NCBI RefSeq assembly: GCF_006345805.1
Contig: NC_042997.1
Location: 116,498,001-116,562,000 of the forward strand
Source: Octopus sinensis
Taxonomy: Eukaryota
Direction: 5' to 3'
DNA: 64,000 bases
Shown here: in pieces, positions 27,570-41,342 of the stretch
Position numbering within the stretch: position 1 is the stretch's first letter
Layout: each line of letters begins with the position of its first letter
The notes under the pieces: model-generated
What the model saw: the letters and a program-made list of their open reading frames with translations, nothing else
Databases searched by the model: none
Told to the model about the DNA's origin: nothing
Translations under genes and position numbers: made by a program

Positions 27570-28100
27570 AGAGGGGGAGAAAGGAGTGAGAGAAGAGAGA
27601 GAGAGAAGAAAGGAGAGAAACAGACAGACAGAGGGAGTGAGAGAGACAAACAGAAGGAGGGAGAGAGGAGTGAGTGAGGGAGAGAGGAGTGAGTGAGGGA
27701 GAGAGGAGAGAGATGGGAGAGAGATAGAGAGACAGAAGGAGAAAGAGAGGAGAGAGGAGAAAGAGAGGAGAGAGATAAGGTGAGAGAGGAGAGAGATAAA
27801 GAGAGAGAGGAGAGAAGGAAAGAGAGGAGAGAGAGTAGGAGAGAGAGAGAAGGGAGGAGGGAGAGAGAGAAGGGAGGAGAGAGAGAAGGGAGGAGGGAGA
27901 GAAGGGAGGAGGGAGAGAGAGTGAAGGGAGGAGGGAGAGAGAGAAGGGAGGAGGGAGAGAGAGAAGGGAGGAGGGAGAGAGAGAAGGGAGGAGGGAGAGA
28001 GAGAAGGGAGGAGGGAGAGAGAGAAGAGAGGAGGGAGAGAGAGAGAGAAGAGAGAAGGGAGAGAAAGTAGAGAGGAGGGGGAGAGAGAGAGAGAGAGAAG
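27570..28100. repeat. Polypurine (GA)-rich tract with repeated gggaggagggagagagagaa
   Basis: Seen directly. A smaller (GA)n tract lies at 4168-4300. Confidence 0.95.
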
Positions 28101-29911
28101 GGACATTTATGGGGCATCTGTTAGGAAGGGCATCCGGCCGTAGAAACATTGCCAGATCAGATTGGAGCCGGTACACCCTTCTGGCTTGCCAGTCCTCAGT
28201 CAAACCGTCCAACCCATGCCAACATGGAAAGTAGACGTTAAACGATGATGATGATGGGCTTCCATACAGTTTCTGCCAACCAAATTTTGCTCACAAGGCA
28301 TTGATCAATCCAAGGCTTTTGAAGAAGGCACTTATCCTAAGTGCCACACAGTGTGGATGAACATAAACATCATCATTATCAATTATCACTTTTCCATGCT
28401 TGCACGAGTCAAAGAGGAGTCATTGAAGTAGATTTTTCAACAACCAGATGCCCTTCCTGTCACCAACCTTCACCTGTTTTCAATCAAAGTGATATTTTCC
28501 CAGAGCTAAACATGTTTTTCATGGAAGACTGGAAACAAAAGCAACCTCACTTGAATGACAGTGATGCTCATTTACAACCGTTATGTGAGGACAAGCCAAA
28601 GACACACACACACATACATGCATACATACACACGACAAACTTTCAATTTCTGTCAACAAAATCCATTTACAAGGCTTTGGTTGGTCCAGGACTACAGAAG
28701 AAAGTACTTGCTGAAGGTGACAGGCAGAAGGATTGAACCAGAGAACACATGGTTGGGGAGTAAGCTTCTCAGCATCACAGCCCTGCCTTCCTTCCATCCA
28801 TCTTTCCCTCCTATTATCCAACAATCCTGTAACTGTCCACCACTTTCTCTCTTTCTCTCTCCCATTCATTTTTCTCTCCCTACCCCCCTGTCTCTCTCTC
28901 CCTCCTGTAACCATCTCTCATTTTCACAACCTTCCCTTGTGCTCCCTTTTATCACTTCCTCTTTCTTTCCTGAAGAATTGTATAAGAAATTGATGGCAGC
29001 GAGCTAGCAGAATCGTTAGCATGCTGGGCAAAATGCTTAGCGATATTTTGTCTGCCGTTACATTTGGAATTCAAATTCCACCAAGGTCGACTTTGCCATT
29101 CATCCTTTCGGGGTCAATAAATTAAATACCAGTTACACACTGGGGTTGATATAATCGACTTAATCCGTTTGTCTGTCCTTGTTTGTCCCCTCTATGTTTA
29201 GCATCAAGGGAAGGAGGGGACACTACAGAAATAGTAAATGGTTTACGGCACAAAAGAAATCACTTTAAACTTGATAAAATAATATTTGGGATGCCTTTAT
29301 CTCTACTAAGCATAGATGCAGATGTGTTACCTAAGATCAATTTTGAGGATTTGATCAAAGACTTTGCAATTCAGAAAAATAGGAGGAAACTTTTTAAATA
29401 TAAATAAAGTGGAAGAATACAAAAATAAACATTATTTTCCCTCTCACTGTTTTGTTTCGTTTTGAGAAATAAAAATTTATTTTATGGTTTGTTATTGTTT
29501 ATATTTTGAATTACAAAATCTTTTATGGGGGGGCTCCAAAATCTTTTAAGTGCTTAGGGCTTCGATGGGTCTTAATCCAGCCCTGCAGCCATAGCAACCG
29601 TGTTAAATATAGAATGAGATACAATCTGCAACCTGTGTAAAAGGACAATCTAGGCTAATTCAGGTCATGGCAGACTAAACTGCAACAACCCAACCGACCC
29701 ATGATGGCGAGAAAAAGCAGACATAAAGTGGCAATGAAGATAACGAGGATAATAATGAATCTTCCCATTTAGCTTTCCAGGCAAGAAATTGAGATTAATG
29801 CCACTTCTCAAAGCTGCTGAGCCAGCAGTATGCCATCTGCTTAACCATAAATTCTCTGAAACTCTTTTACATTGTTTTATATATTTCAATCTATAAATCA
29901 ATTTAAATTAC

Positions 29912-30011
29912 CTGTTTTACATCAGAATTGTCAATTATGGCTGCTATTGTCTTTAATATGAATTTCGGAACTGATACAACTACACAGAAATCAAGGATTA
30001 GTTTGACGTCA
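29912..30011 (-). CDS. STK36: STK36 exon (DVKLILDFCVVVSVPKFILKTIAAIIDNSDVKQ)
   Basis: ctttcag| acceptor, CAG|gtaatt donor, 100 nt, phase 2-0, matching both neighbouring exons. Confidence 0.87.
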
Positions 30012-31120
30012 CTGAAAGTAACAGAGAAAATAATATTTTAAGAATTAATGCCATGGTATTATCCAAAATTTGCATTTCATATATAGTAAGCAAAACAAGG
30101 GCTTAGATGGGAGTTAAATAGTCACTCAGATCCAAGAGGAATCGACTTGATACAGTTATCTTTAAAGGCAAGGATGAGGTGGTGGAGAAGTGAGGAAGAC
30201 TGGTGGCGGTTTACACACAGAAACATGTAGCTTTTTATCAGTTTCATGTGAGAAAACCAGCTAATTGTGTGTGTATGTGCGAGTGTGTGCATGTACGTGT
30301 GTGTATGTGCGTGTTTAAGTGTGTGTGTGTGCGTGTGTGTGCATGTGTATGTGAGTGTGCATGTGTGTGCAAGTGCATGTGTGTGCAAGTGCATGTGTGT
30401 CCATTGTTCATGCTGACATGAGTTGGACAGTTTGGCCAGGGCTGGCAAGCTGGAAGGCTGTAACTAGACTCCAGTCTGATTTGGCATAGTTTTCTATGGC
30501 TGGATGCCCTTCCTAATGCCAATCAATCTGAGGGTGTAATGGTTGCTTTTACATGTCAGCCGCACAGGTGCCATTTGTATGACACCAGTATTTGCCACAA
30601 CTATGATTTCACTCAGCTTGATGCATCTTCTTCTCAAGGACGGCACAATGCCAAAGGTCTTGGTCATTCATCATTGCCTCCATGAAGCCCAGCACTCAAA
30701 AGATGCTTTTTGCATGCTACTGACATCGGCCACTTTGTCTTCATGTGGCCCTCAAAAGGTACTTTTTACGTGCCACTGGCACAGGTGACAGTTACATGAC
30801 ACCACCATCGGTCCCAACTATGATTTCACTCATCTTGATGGGCCTTCTGAAGCACAGCATATAACCATAGGCCTCGGTCACTAGTCATTGCCTCTGTGAG
30901 GCCCAAAGTTCAAAGGTCATGCTTCACCACTGCTTCCCATGTTTTCCTGGGTCTACCTCTTTGACAAAATACAAATTCGCAGGACAAAAAAAAAAAAACT
31001 GAAAATTATTTCCACATGACAACAATAATGCCTTCGAAGGATACAAATCCTTAAATTATAAATACACATCAAAAAGAGAAAAGAGGAGACTCAATGTGCG
31101 CAAAACTTCTGACAACTTAC

Positions 31121-31341
31121 CAGTCTAGCATAATCAAATTGTTGCAGACATGAAGAGCAGTTCGGAAACGAGAAGCCCCTTCAAGCATTCCATCAAGTAC
31201 CTGTTTATAACCAGTCTGAAGCCGAGCTTCCAGTTTCTTATGAAATCGGCTTTCTTGCAATAGCATTAATGCTCGTTCAGGGTTATTCTCAAGTTCGGTG
31301 GTTCCTATAAGACCTTGCCACTCTTCATCACTGTCAGTATC
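31121..31341 (-). CDS. STK36: STK36 exon (DTDSDEEWQGLIGTTELENNPERALMLLQESRFHKKLEARLQTGYKQVLDGMLEGASRFRTALHVCNNLIMLD-C)
   Basis: tttcag| acceptor, TG|gtaagt donor, 221 nt, phase 0-2. DSD.EW and G.LEGAS motifs as in vertebrate STK36. Confidence 0.92.
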
Positions 31342-31534
31342 CTGAAATTTAAACAGTTTTGATAACAGATTGAAGAAAACTGATACACACAACAGCATCA
31401 CTAGAATGAAAGAAAATGGAAATAAAAATAATAATAGGTGCAGGTGTGGATGTGCTGTAAGAAGCTTGCTTCCCAACCAAATGGTTCTGAGTTCAGTCCC
31501 ACTGTGTGGCAAATTGGGCAAGTGTCTTCTACTA

Positions 31535-32828
31535 TGAGGGGTGTTCATTAAAGATTTCCCCTGACCCACTTCCCAAGGACTGGGATAAACGAAACTTGGC
31601 ATAATTATTAGTCCTTCACTACATAGCCTCTACCAATGGTGACACACTTCTCCCATCACTTCATGCAGCTGTGAAAGCCTCGTCTGTAGAAGTTGATAAG
31701 TTGGGTCTGGAGCCAAGACTCTACCTGGGAAATAAGTTCATCAGCATCCGAAAAGTGCTTCCCCTTCAAAAAAGACTTCATGGCTGGAAAGAGGTGCAAG
31801 TCAGATGGTGCAAGGTTGGGAGAGTAAGGGGGATGAGGAAGGATTTCATAGCCACAGGAGTGTGGTTTCATCTGGGCAACATGCACATTGTGAACTGGAG
31901 CATTATCTTGGAGGAGGTGGACTCCTTTGGTCAGTATGCCACACATCTCTGTTTTGCTGGTGTCCTGCAATTTCTGCACCAGAGAAGCATAATATGCCCC
32001 ATTAATTGTGGTGCCTTTGCTAGAAAACCCATCATCACTACTCCATGCTGGTCCCAAAAGACTGTGAGCATCACCTTGCCTGCTGAGGGTTGGACATGAG
32101 TCTTCTTTGGAGGTGGTGAGTTATTATGCTTCCATTGCTTCAACTGGACTTTAGTCTCAGGATCATAGTGATGGATCCATATTTCATCCTATGTGATAAG
32201 TCTGCTGAAAAAGTCTTCCTTGTTTTCTTAGCACATTGCCAAAAGAGCCTAGGAGCAATTAAATCATTACTGCTTCTGAAAAGACGTGAGCATACAGGGA
32301 ATCCATCATGCAGACAGCTTCTGCATGTGCAAATGGTTGTGAATGATTTTTTACTATGGACCCTACACTTATCTTCACTTCTTGGGTTGGTTGCCAAATA
32401 GTTATGTAGCAATCCTCCAAAATGGCAGCTTCCACTTTATGAATGGTGTCGTCATCAATGGCAGAATGTGGTCATCCAGGAACGGGAGCAGTTTCCACTG
32501 ATGTCCAACCACATTTGAATTGGTGATGCCAGTACTTGACTATGTCATATGATGGTGCATCATCACCATAAACTTCTTTCGTCTCATTGAAAGTCCCTTT
32601 TGGTGTACAACCTTTCAAGTATAATAACCAGATCACTGATCTGCATTCAACTGCCTCCATTATAACACCTTAGTCCACTTCAGCAGCAGCAAAAAACAAA
32701 CGAATATGAGTGGCAAGCTGCAATTTACAATGTGACATGTAGAGACAAGCATGATTATATCTGTACAAGTTCTATTTCCTGCAATAATCAGAAGTGGTTC
32801 AGAGGAAATCTTTAATGAACACCCCTCG
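31535..32828 (-). mobile_element. Full-length degenerate mariner (DD34D type; irritans/Hsmar2-like TIR), nested in a SINE
   Basis: TIRs (t/c)gaggggtgttcattaaagatttcc of about 26 bp, TA on both sides, 1294 bp. Transposase pieces KVMLTVFWD, LLQDNAPVH, HPPYSPNLAPSD carry stops and frameshifts. Confidence 0.93.
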
Positions 32829-34394
32829 TATATCCTCAAAGCCTTGTGAGTAGATTTGGTAAACAGAAACTGAAAGAAGCCCATCGTGTGTGTGTGTGCG
32901 TGTGTATGTATGTTATTTCTTTACTGTCCACAAGGGGCCAAACACAGAGGGGACAAACAAGGACAAACGGATTTAGTCGATTATATCGACCCCAGTGCAT
33001 AACTAGTACTCATTTAATTGACCCCGAAAGGATGAAAGGCAAAGTCGACCTTGGTGGAATTTGAACTCAGAACGTAGCGGCAGAGGAAATACCGCTAAGC
33101 ATTTCACCCGACATGCTAAGGTTTCTGCCAGCTCGCCTGTGTGTGTATGTATGAGTGTGTGTGTGTTTGAGCTCCATTGCCACTTGACAACCAATGCTGG
33201 TGTGTTTACATCTCTGTAACTTAGCAGTGTGGCAAAAGAGACGGATAGAATAAGTACCAGGCTTATAATAAAACCAAAAAGCCCAAAGGTCGATTCATTC
33301 AACTAAAAATCTTTCAAGGCAGTGCACCAGTATGGCCACAACCTAATGACTGAAACAAGGAAAAAGTAAAAGATAAAAAAAAAAAATAGGAGGAAATTAG
33401 TTGACAAGAACAAAAGAAATGTTTTAATTTAATTCTAGAATTAAGCCGAGTCCCAAACCCAAACAGAGGATATTGCAGTCATTTGAAGAATTAATTAAAA
33501 TAATGGATACCAATCCTTACCATAATATAAGCAACTAGAATTGAATTTAGTGATTATTGGGTAATTTCTTTGAGGGAACATCAGACATTCCACTGAATGC
33601 CATTTGGTTAATTCTAGAAAATTGGTAAAATATTTCTGCTATTGACTTGCTTTCATTTTGCATCCAAATGGAGTGCAAATATTGATATATAATCAATTGA
33701 TTACAATTTATAACTGAAGGACAGCTTGTGGAGCTTCTACATGAAATATTTGTTTATTGACAACTTATCATTCAACCAGCTTTCCAGCTGTGACCACCAT
33801 TACCCATTAGGGCTGCTTCATATATACATATATATATATATGTGATTCATTATTCCAATATGCATCTCCATTTTTAAGACTGAAATGGTTTTGAAAGCTG
33901 CTTGATTTAATTCAAGTCATTGGTGCAATTGGGTAAAGGTTCTTTTTTAAGCTACATATGTAGAAGATACTACCTTTAATCTTTTACTTGTTTCAGTCAT
34001 TGGACTGCAGCCATACAAAGGCACTATCTAGAGAGGCTGAGTCAAATCGCCTCCCAGTACTTATTTTTGAAGTCTGGTAGTTACAGGGATGTAAATAAAC
34101 CAACACCAGATATCAAGTAGTGTGCAGAACAAATACAAACACAAAGACACACACACACGACAGGCTTCCACACAGTTTCTATCTACCAAATTCACTCACA
34201 AGGATTTTGTCAGCCCAGAGCTGCATTCAACTGCCTCCATTATAACACCTGAACCTAAAATCACATGGTTGTAAAGTAAGGTTCTTAACCACATAACTAT
34301 GTCTGTGTTTATAACATAGTAGATATTGTAAACAAAACTATTATCATTATAATTATTATAAATATTTACATTTCATAATATATTTTGTTTTGAA

Positions 34395-34626
34395 GGTGGC
34401 AAGCTGGCAGAAACGTTAGCATGCCAGGCGAAATGCTTAGCAGTATTTTGTCTGTCTTTACATTCTGAGTTCAAATTCCGCCGAGGTCGACTTTGCCTTT
34501 CATCCTTTCGGAGTCAATAAATTGAGTACCAGTTACGCACTGGTTTCAATGTAATCGACTTAATCCCTTCATCTGTCCTTGTTTGTCCCCTCTATATTCA
34601 GCCCCTTGTGGGCAATAAAGAAATAA
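34395..34626 (+). mobile_element. SINE family A (tRNA-like head GGCGAGCTGGCAGAAACGTTAGC; body gtcgactttgcctttcatcctttcggggtcgataaat); at least 15 copies
   Basis: Copies near 3025, 13335, 15690, 25860, 26092, 28995, 35935, 47100, 47328, 62785 (+) and 27040, 32915, 40545, 43685, 52320 (-). Confidence 0.9.
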
Positions 34627-34882
34627 GATATTGTAAACAAAGCAAAAACTGTACAAACATTCTAATAGTACTTACAAGCTATACATTTGACCAACACAAA
34701 GAAATAACAATATTTGTGGACAAAAACTAATTCAGCTCCATTGTAATTCATACCCATTCTACTTGGGCAATCCCACCAACAATCTCTTCACAAAATACAG
34801 CTTATCACCAGCACTGGCTGAACTTCTGAAGAAGCGACTACAAAAGTAATCAAAAATAGTTTAGAAACGGTATTCTACTCAC

Positions 34883-35029
34883 CTCAGTTTCTAAGATAAC
34901 ATTCTCAATGTTGCTTTTACGAACACTTTTCTTTACAGAAGTATTTTTACAACTCTGTACCAAATTCACTTGCTCTTTCTCAGGTTCTGTGTTGTTCGCA
35001 AGTGGAATCGTGGATTTATGACTTGTATT
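34883..35029 (-). CDS. STK36: STK36 exon (NTSHKSTIPLANNTEPEKEQVNLVQSCKNTSVKKSVRKSNIENVILETE)
   Basis: Long pyrimidine tract then ttcag|, GAG|gtgagt donor, 147 nt, phase 0-0. Its end joins DTDSDEEW, as in the vertebrate ...DLENE/EPDSDNEW junction. Confidence 0.8.
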
Positions 35030-35151
35030 CTGAAGTTGCAAGTTAAAAAAAGGAAAAGAAAATGTAATCAAAATTTTCCAATGTTTTAAAGATAAAAGTC
35101 TTAACTGAAGACGAATGCAATAAAATCAATTTCGAAATCAAATTAGTAATT

Positions 35152-35383
35152 TTAACCCTTTTTGTTGTCATATTTCTGTTGAGATGCTCTGTGTTTCTTT
35201 CAGTTAATTTTAAATCTAACAAAGAATTTAGTAAAATAACTTAGTTATCATTAAGCTAGTGTTAGAAACATAAATTGTGACTAAGGTTTGGTGGAAGATT
35301 TTAATTCAAAAACTTATGAAAACAAGACATTTGTACTACAGAGTCAGAGCCAGTTTCAGCCGAGTTGGTAACGAAAGGGTTAA
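35152..35383. mobile_element. TTAA-flanked MITE (piggyBac-type ends CCCTT...AAGGG); related copies 3472-3701 and 35625-35785; second family 1224-1451 and about 49085-49345
   Basis: ttaa|cccttt...aaaggg|ttaa termini; about 230 bp; no ORF. Confidence 0.75.
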
Positions 35384-38339
35384 GAATTGTTTCTCTATTA
35401 TATATTCTAACCTGCCAGCCTCGTCTGGCACCTGTGTCGGTGGCACATAAAATCACCCACTACACTCTCGGAGTGGTTGGCGTTAGGAAGGGCATCCAGC
35501 TGTAGAAACACTGCCAGATCTGACTGGCCTGGTGCAGCCTTCGGGCTCCCCAGACCCCAGTTGAACCGTCCAACCCATGCTAGCATGGAAAGCGGACGTG
35601 AAATGATGATGATGATGATGATTTCATTACTGTATTTATTTTGAGATGCTCTGTGTTTCTTTCAATTACTTTAAATATAAAAAAGAATTTAATAAAATAA
35701 CTTGGTTATCATTAAGCTAGTATTAGGAACATAAATTGTGACTAAGGTTTGGTGGAAGATTTTAATTCAGAACTTTTGAAAACAAGTTATTTACTTTGAC
35801 AATGTTGGTAGGATAATTAGGGGATGGAACTTAAAACCGTCAAACCTAAAATCCTCATCTTAGTTTTTATAGCCTTAATGTTTCAGCAGTTATATTCTTC
35901 AGTTTTCTTCAAGAGTTTCAATATTCATATTCAATAAGGCTGCAAGATGGTAGAATCATTACCATGCTAGGCGAGATAGTAACATTTTGTCTGTCTTTAT
36001 GTTCTGAGTTCAAATTCCAAGGTCGATTTTTCCTTTTATCCTTTTGGGGTCATTAAAAAAAGTACCAGTCATACACAGGGGTCAATGAAGTCAACTTAAT
36101 CCCATTCCCTTGAGATTGCTGACCTTGTGCTAAAATCTGAAACCAATATTAATGTTCAATAATTTAATAATCTTTAAAATTTCGAAATTAATTATTTATT
36201 CAATCCATGGGGTCCATACCAGGAATATTCTTGTATCAGTTATTCTTGAATTTGTAATGAAAATTTCTCATTTCACTCGAGCCAGAGGTTGAACTCATGC
36301 CCACTAAGTAATCTGCAACACTTGACATTTAATCAGTGCTTCTATTCACGATGCCATTGTCCCATAGGACAGGGTTAGGCAATGGTATTTGCTTTGGTAT
36401 AAACCAATGAAAGATACCAGGTGTAGGTACAAATCAATTCTGTAAACAGTAGGCGCATCATATAATTAACAAACGTTTCGTAAGTTTCCATTAATGGTTT
36501 CAACTCGTGAGCTTGGATTTGGCAACAGAAAGTTGCTCTTCAACTTCTGCATTTAACATCTGTCTTCCATACTGGCATGGGTTGGATGGTACTGCACCAA
36601 GCTCCACCGTCTGATTTGACATTGTTTGCACAGCTAGATCATCATCATCATCGTTTAATGTCCACTTTCCATGCTAGCATGGGTTGGACGATTTGACTGA
36701 GGTCTGGTGAACCAGATGGCTGCACCAGACTCCAATCTGATCTGGCAGAGTTTCTACAGCTGGATGCCCTTCCTAACACCAACCACTCCGAGAGTGTAGT
36801 GGGTGCTTTTACGTGCCACCAGCACGAGGGCCAGTCAGGCGGTACCGGCAACGGCCATGCTCAAATGGTGCTTTTTATGTGCCACCTGCACAAGAGCCAG
36901 TCCAGCAGCACTGGAAACAATGTTGCTTGAATGTTTTTTCACGTGCCACCAGCACAAGTGCCAGTAAGGTGACACAGGTAGCGATCACTAGATGTCCTTC
37001 GTAATACCAACCATTTTACAGAGTGGACTGGGTGCTTTTCACAAGGCACCAACAAGCTTCAGTACAAGTGGCAGTTTCTAATTCTTGAAACCTTGAAACA
37101 GTGCTCCAGCTCCATACTCATTTTAAAGCCCACTTTTCATGTTGGCATGGGTTGGACAGTTTGATTGAAAATTGGTAACCAAGTGGGGCTGCACCAGGTT
37201 CTGATCTGATTTGCCAAGGTTTCTACTGCTAGATGCCCTTCCTAATGCCAACCACTCTGAGAAGGTAGCATGTGGTTTTTTCATGTGCCACCAGCATGGG
37301 TGCCATTGACCCGACACCAGTATTGGCCACACCAATTGTCTCACTTGGCTTGACAGGTCTACAAAAACACAGTATATAGCCAAAGGTTTTGGTCACCTGT
37401 CACTGCCTCCATGAGGCCCAATGCTCAAATGGTGCTTTTTATGTGCCACTGGCACAGGTGCCACTCAAATGGCACTGGCATCGGCCACAACTATGATTTC
37501 ACTCAGCTCAACAGGTCTTCACAAGCACAGCATCTTACCCAACGATTGAAACATTTAATATCAACTGCTTTGTAGACTGCACATCAATGTTACTCTTTTA
37601 CTTGTTTCAGTCATTTGACTGTGGCCATGCTGGAGCACCACCTTTAGTTGAGCAAATCGACTTCAGGACTTATTGTTTGAAAGCCTAGTATTTGTTCTAT
37701 TGGTATCTTTTGCTGAACTGCTAAGTGACGGGGGACGTAAACACACCAGCATCGGTTATCAAGCAATGCTAGGGGGACAAACACAGACATACAGTATTTC
37801 TGTGTGTATTATACAACTGAAACAACGTTGTGAGAAGAACAACATGAAATACATAAAAATTGCTTGTAAATTACATATAATGGATATTGATGTGGTTTTG
37901 ACAATGTTGATGACGACGAAAAAAAAACGACAACAACAGGAATGTTATTGGTGGAGGTGGTGGTGGTGGTGGCAGTGATGTTTGTGGCAATGTTGGAAGT
38001 GGTGGTGGTGGTGGTGGTGGTAGCAATGTAGTTTCTGTAAGTAACAACCTGCCTAGTTAGGGACAAGTGCAACATCAACCATATGGAAATATAAACATCA
38101 GTAAATAGTTACTATCCAAGAAAAAAAAAAACCGTGTTATTTTTGTCTCAGACATCTCTGCGTTATTTCTGCAGATTGTGCTCCCAGGTATTTTCCTCTA
38201 AAATATTTATAAAAACAAATTGATTTATTACAATCAAAGGAGATATAGATGGTAAAACAACAGAGGATTCCAGCATAAATATATCAATATGGAGAAATGA
38301 TGGGGGGGGAAGTATGGTGAAATCTAATTTGCATGTGTG

Positions 38340-39623
38340 TGTGTGTGATACATGCATACACAAACATACACACACTCATAAGACATATATATACACAAAC
38401 AAAAACATATATACATACACACAAACATATACACACATATACACACACACACAGACAAACACATACATGCATACACATACATACATACACAAACATATAC
38501 ACATACATACACACAACATACATATACAAACATACATATACAACCATATACACACATGCATATATATACATACACCTACACACAACCACACACACAGACA
38601 CGCATATATATACATACACCTACATACAACCACACACACACACATATATATACATACACCTACACACAACCACACACACACACACATATATATACATACA
38701 CCTACACACAACCACACACAGACACACATATATATACATACACCTACACACAACCACACCACACACACACACACATATATACATACACCTACACACAACC
38801 ACACACACACACACATACATACACCTACACACAACCACACACACACACATACATACACCTACACACAACCACACACACACACACACACACACAACCACAC
38901 ACACATACATACACCTACACACAACCACACACACACACATACATACACCTACACACAACCACACACACACACATACATACACCTACACACAACCACACAC
39001 ACACACATACATACACCTACACACAACCACACACACACACACAACCACACACACACACACACACAACCACACACACACACACAACCACACACACACACAA
39101 CCACACACACACACACACAACCACACACACCACACACATACATACACCTACACACACCACACACAACCACACACACACACACATATATATACATACACCT
39201 ACACACAACCACACACAGACACACATATATATACATACACCTACACACAACCACACACACACACACTCACATATATATACATACACCTACACACAACCAC
39301 ACACACACACACTACATACACCTACACACAACCACACACACACACATACATACACCTACACACAACCACAACACACACACACACACAACCACACACACAT
39401 ACATACACCTACACACAACCACACACACACACATACATACACCTACACACAACCACACACACACACATACATACACCTACACACAACCACACACACACAC
39501 ATACATACACCTACACACAACCACACCACACACACAACCACACACACACACACACACACAACCACACACACACACACCACACCACACACAACACACACAC
39601 ACACACACCACACACACACCAAC

Positions 39624-39657
<34 letters not shown>

Positions 39658-39710
39658 CACATACACACACACACACACAAACATATACATACACACATAT
39701 ACACACACAC
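38340..39710. repeat. About 1.4-kb compound (CA)-rich minisatellite with recurring catacacctacacacaaccacac
   Basis: Seen directly; explains the H/T/Y and C/V ORFs. Confidence 0.95.
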
Positions 39711-39908
39711 TTTATTTTCCCATTAGAAGAACTCTCTGCAATATGAAAGAAATTCTGCTGAAACAAATGATATAAAAATAATGAAAATAGGTTGTTTTTT
39801 TTTTAAGGAAACCCATTATTTCAGATATTAATTCAAAACAAATGCGACTCGTACATTGAAGCCCACCAATAGATTATCTGTCTTTCATTCACAGTAAAAC
39901 GCTTAAAC

Positions 39909-40372
39909 AGAATAATGTATTGGAATATTCTAGATTGGCTGGAGTCGTGCAGGACTCCAAATTTGCTGGGATGGGACAAGGGAGCCACTATGTGGTTATC
40001 TGACATGCTTGAAATAACAGCTACTCTCCCTTAAATCAAAACCTAACATCTTGAAAAGTATACAAGGGATTAGATAGAATAATGCATTGGAATATTCTAG
40101 TTTTGGTTGGTGTCATGCAGGACTTGAAATTTGCTAGGATCAGACAAGGGAGCCACTATGTGGTTATCTAACATGCTTGAAATAGCAGCTACCCTCCTTT
40201 AAGTCAGAACCTAACATCATTAAAAGGAAGAATACAAGGGATTAAATAGAATAATATATTGGAATATTCTAGCTTTGGCTGGTGTCATGCAGGACTCCAA
40301 ATTTGCTAGGATCAGACACTATGTAGTTATCTGACATGCTTGAAATAACAGCTACTCTCCCTTAAATCAAAA
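39909..40372 (+). repeat. About 170-bp tandem repeat, 2.7 copies
   Basis: Units start at 39909, 40076 and 40248 (agaataat..attggaatattctag...). Confidence 0.85.
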
Positions 40373-41342
40373 GGAAGTAATGCAGTGGAAAATGTATAAT
40401 GGTAATCCTAGTTCTACTCTGTCTCAATAAAAGACAGGATGATCATAACTGGAGTGTCTCTGAATGTTTGCTGGATCAGGGATGACCTAACCTATACAGC
40501 AATATATTATTGGTTTCAAATTTTGACACACAGCCAAAAATTTCGAGGGGAGGGGGTAAGTCAATTACACTGACCCCAGTACTTCAAGTGGTACTAATCT
40601 ATTGACCCTGAAAGGATGAAAGGCAAAGTCGACCATGGCAGAATTTGAACTCAGAACATAAAGATGAACAAAATGCCACTGAGAAAAATTCCACCCAGCT
40701 TGCTCATAATTCTGCCAGTTTGCCATCTTGATGATAATAATAATAATAATAATAAATGCCCTGATGCAGTACCAGGCAGTGGCTCTCGTGCTTCTGATCT
40801 TAACTGAACTGATTGGAAGTGTTATCATGTACATTGTTTTGCCTTGGTATAAAAGATGGGCTACAGCAAATATTCTGCTCAATACCACAGATTTGCTTGT
40901 CACTTGTTTGACCTTAACCAGTTGACTATGTCCCTTAGTGGCTGACGATATGTGCATCTCTGATCATGAGCAGAAGTAGTGGGGGAGCATCATAGCCATG
41001 TGTTGAGAAAAATTCTTTGGGGCTTGAATAATTCACCTCTGGAAACATGGGTGGTTCGTTCAACATCCTTAAACAATCCTTATTCAGGGACCTTTTGAGC
41101 GTGATGGGCTACTCGATTAGAAGAAAATTCTAACTGGGCCCCACCTGCAAGGTCATGTGCTGCTTATCTTGATATGAGATCACCATGTCACGCACATTTG
41201 GTTGTGATGCCTGGTGTACCCTTATCAGACAGGTAGACATGATGGGTATACTGGGCTTTGTATATTTTACCCCAGTGTCACTTTAATGGCATGAAAATAC
41301 TAATACTACTACTACTAATAATAATACAAATAGCATATTCAC

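Noticed and set aside
38314-39775. 470-480 aa His/Thr-rich ORFs
   Set aside because: (CA)n-type repeats contain no stop codons; the same applies to ORFs at 10693-11253, 27540-28212 and 3972-4431.
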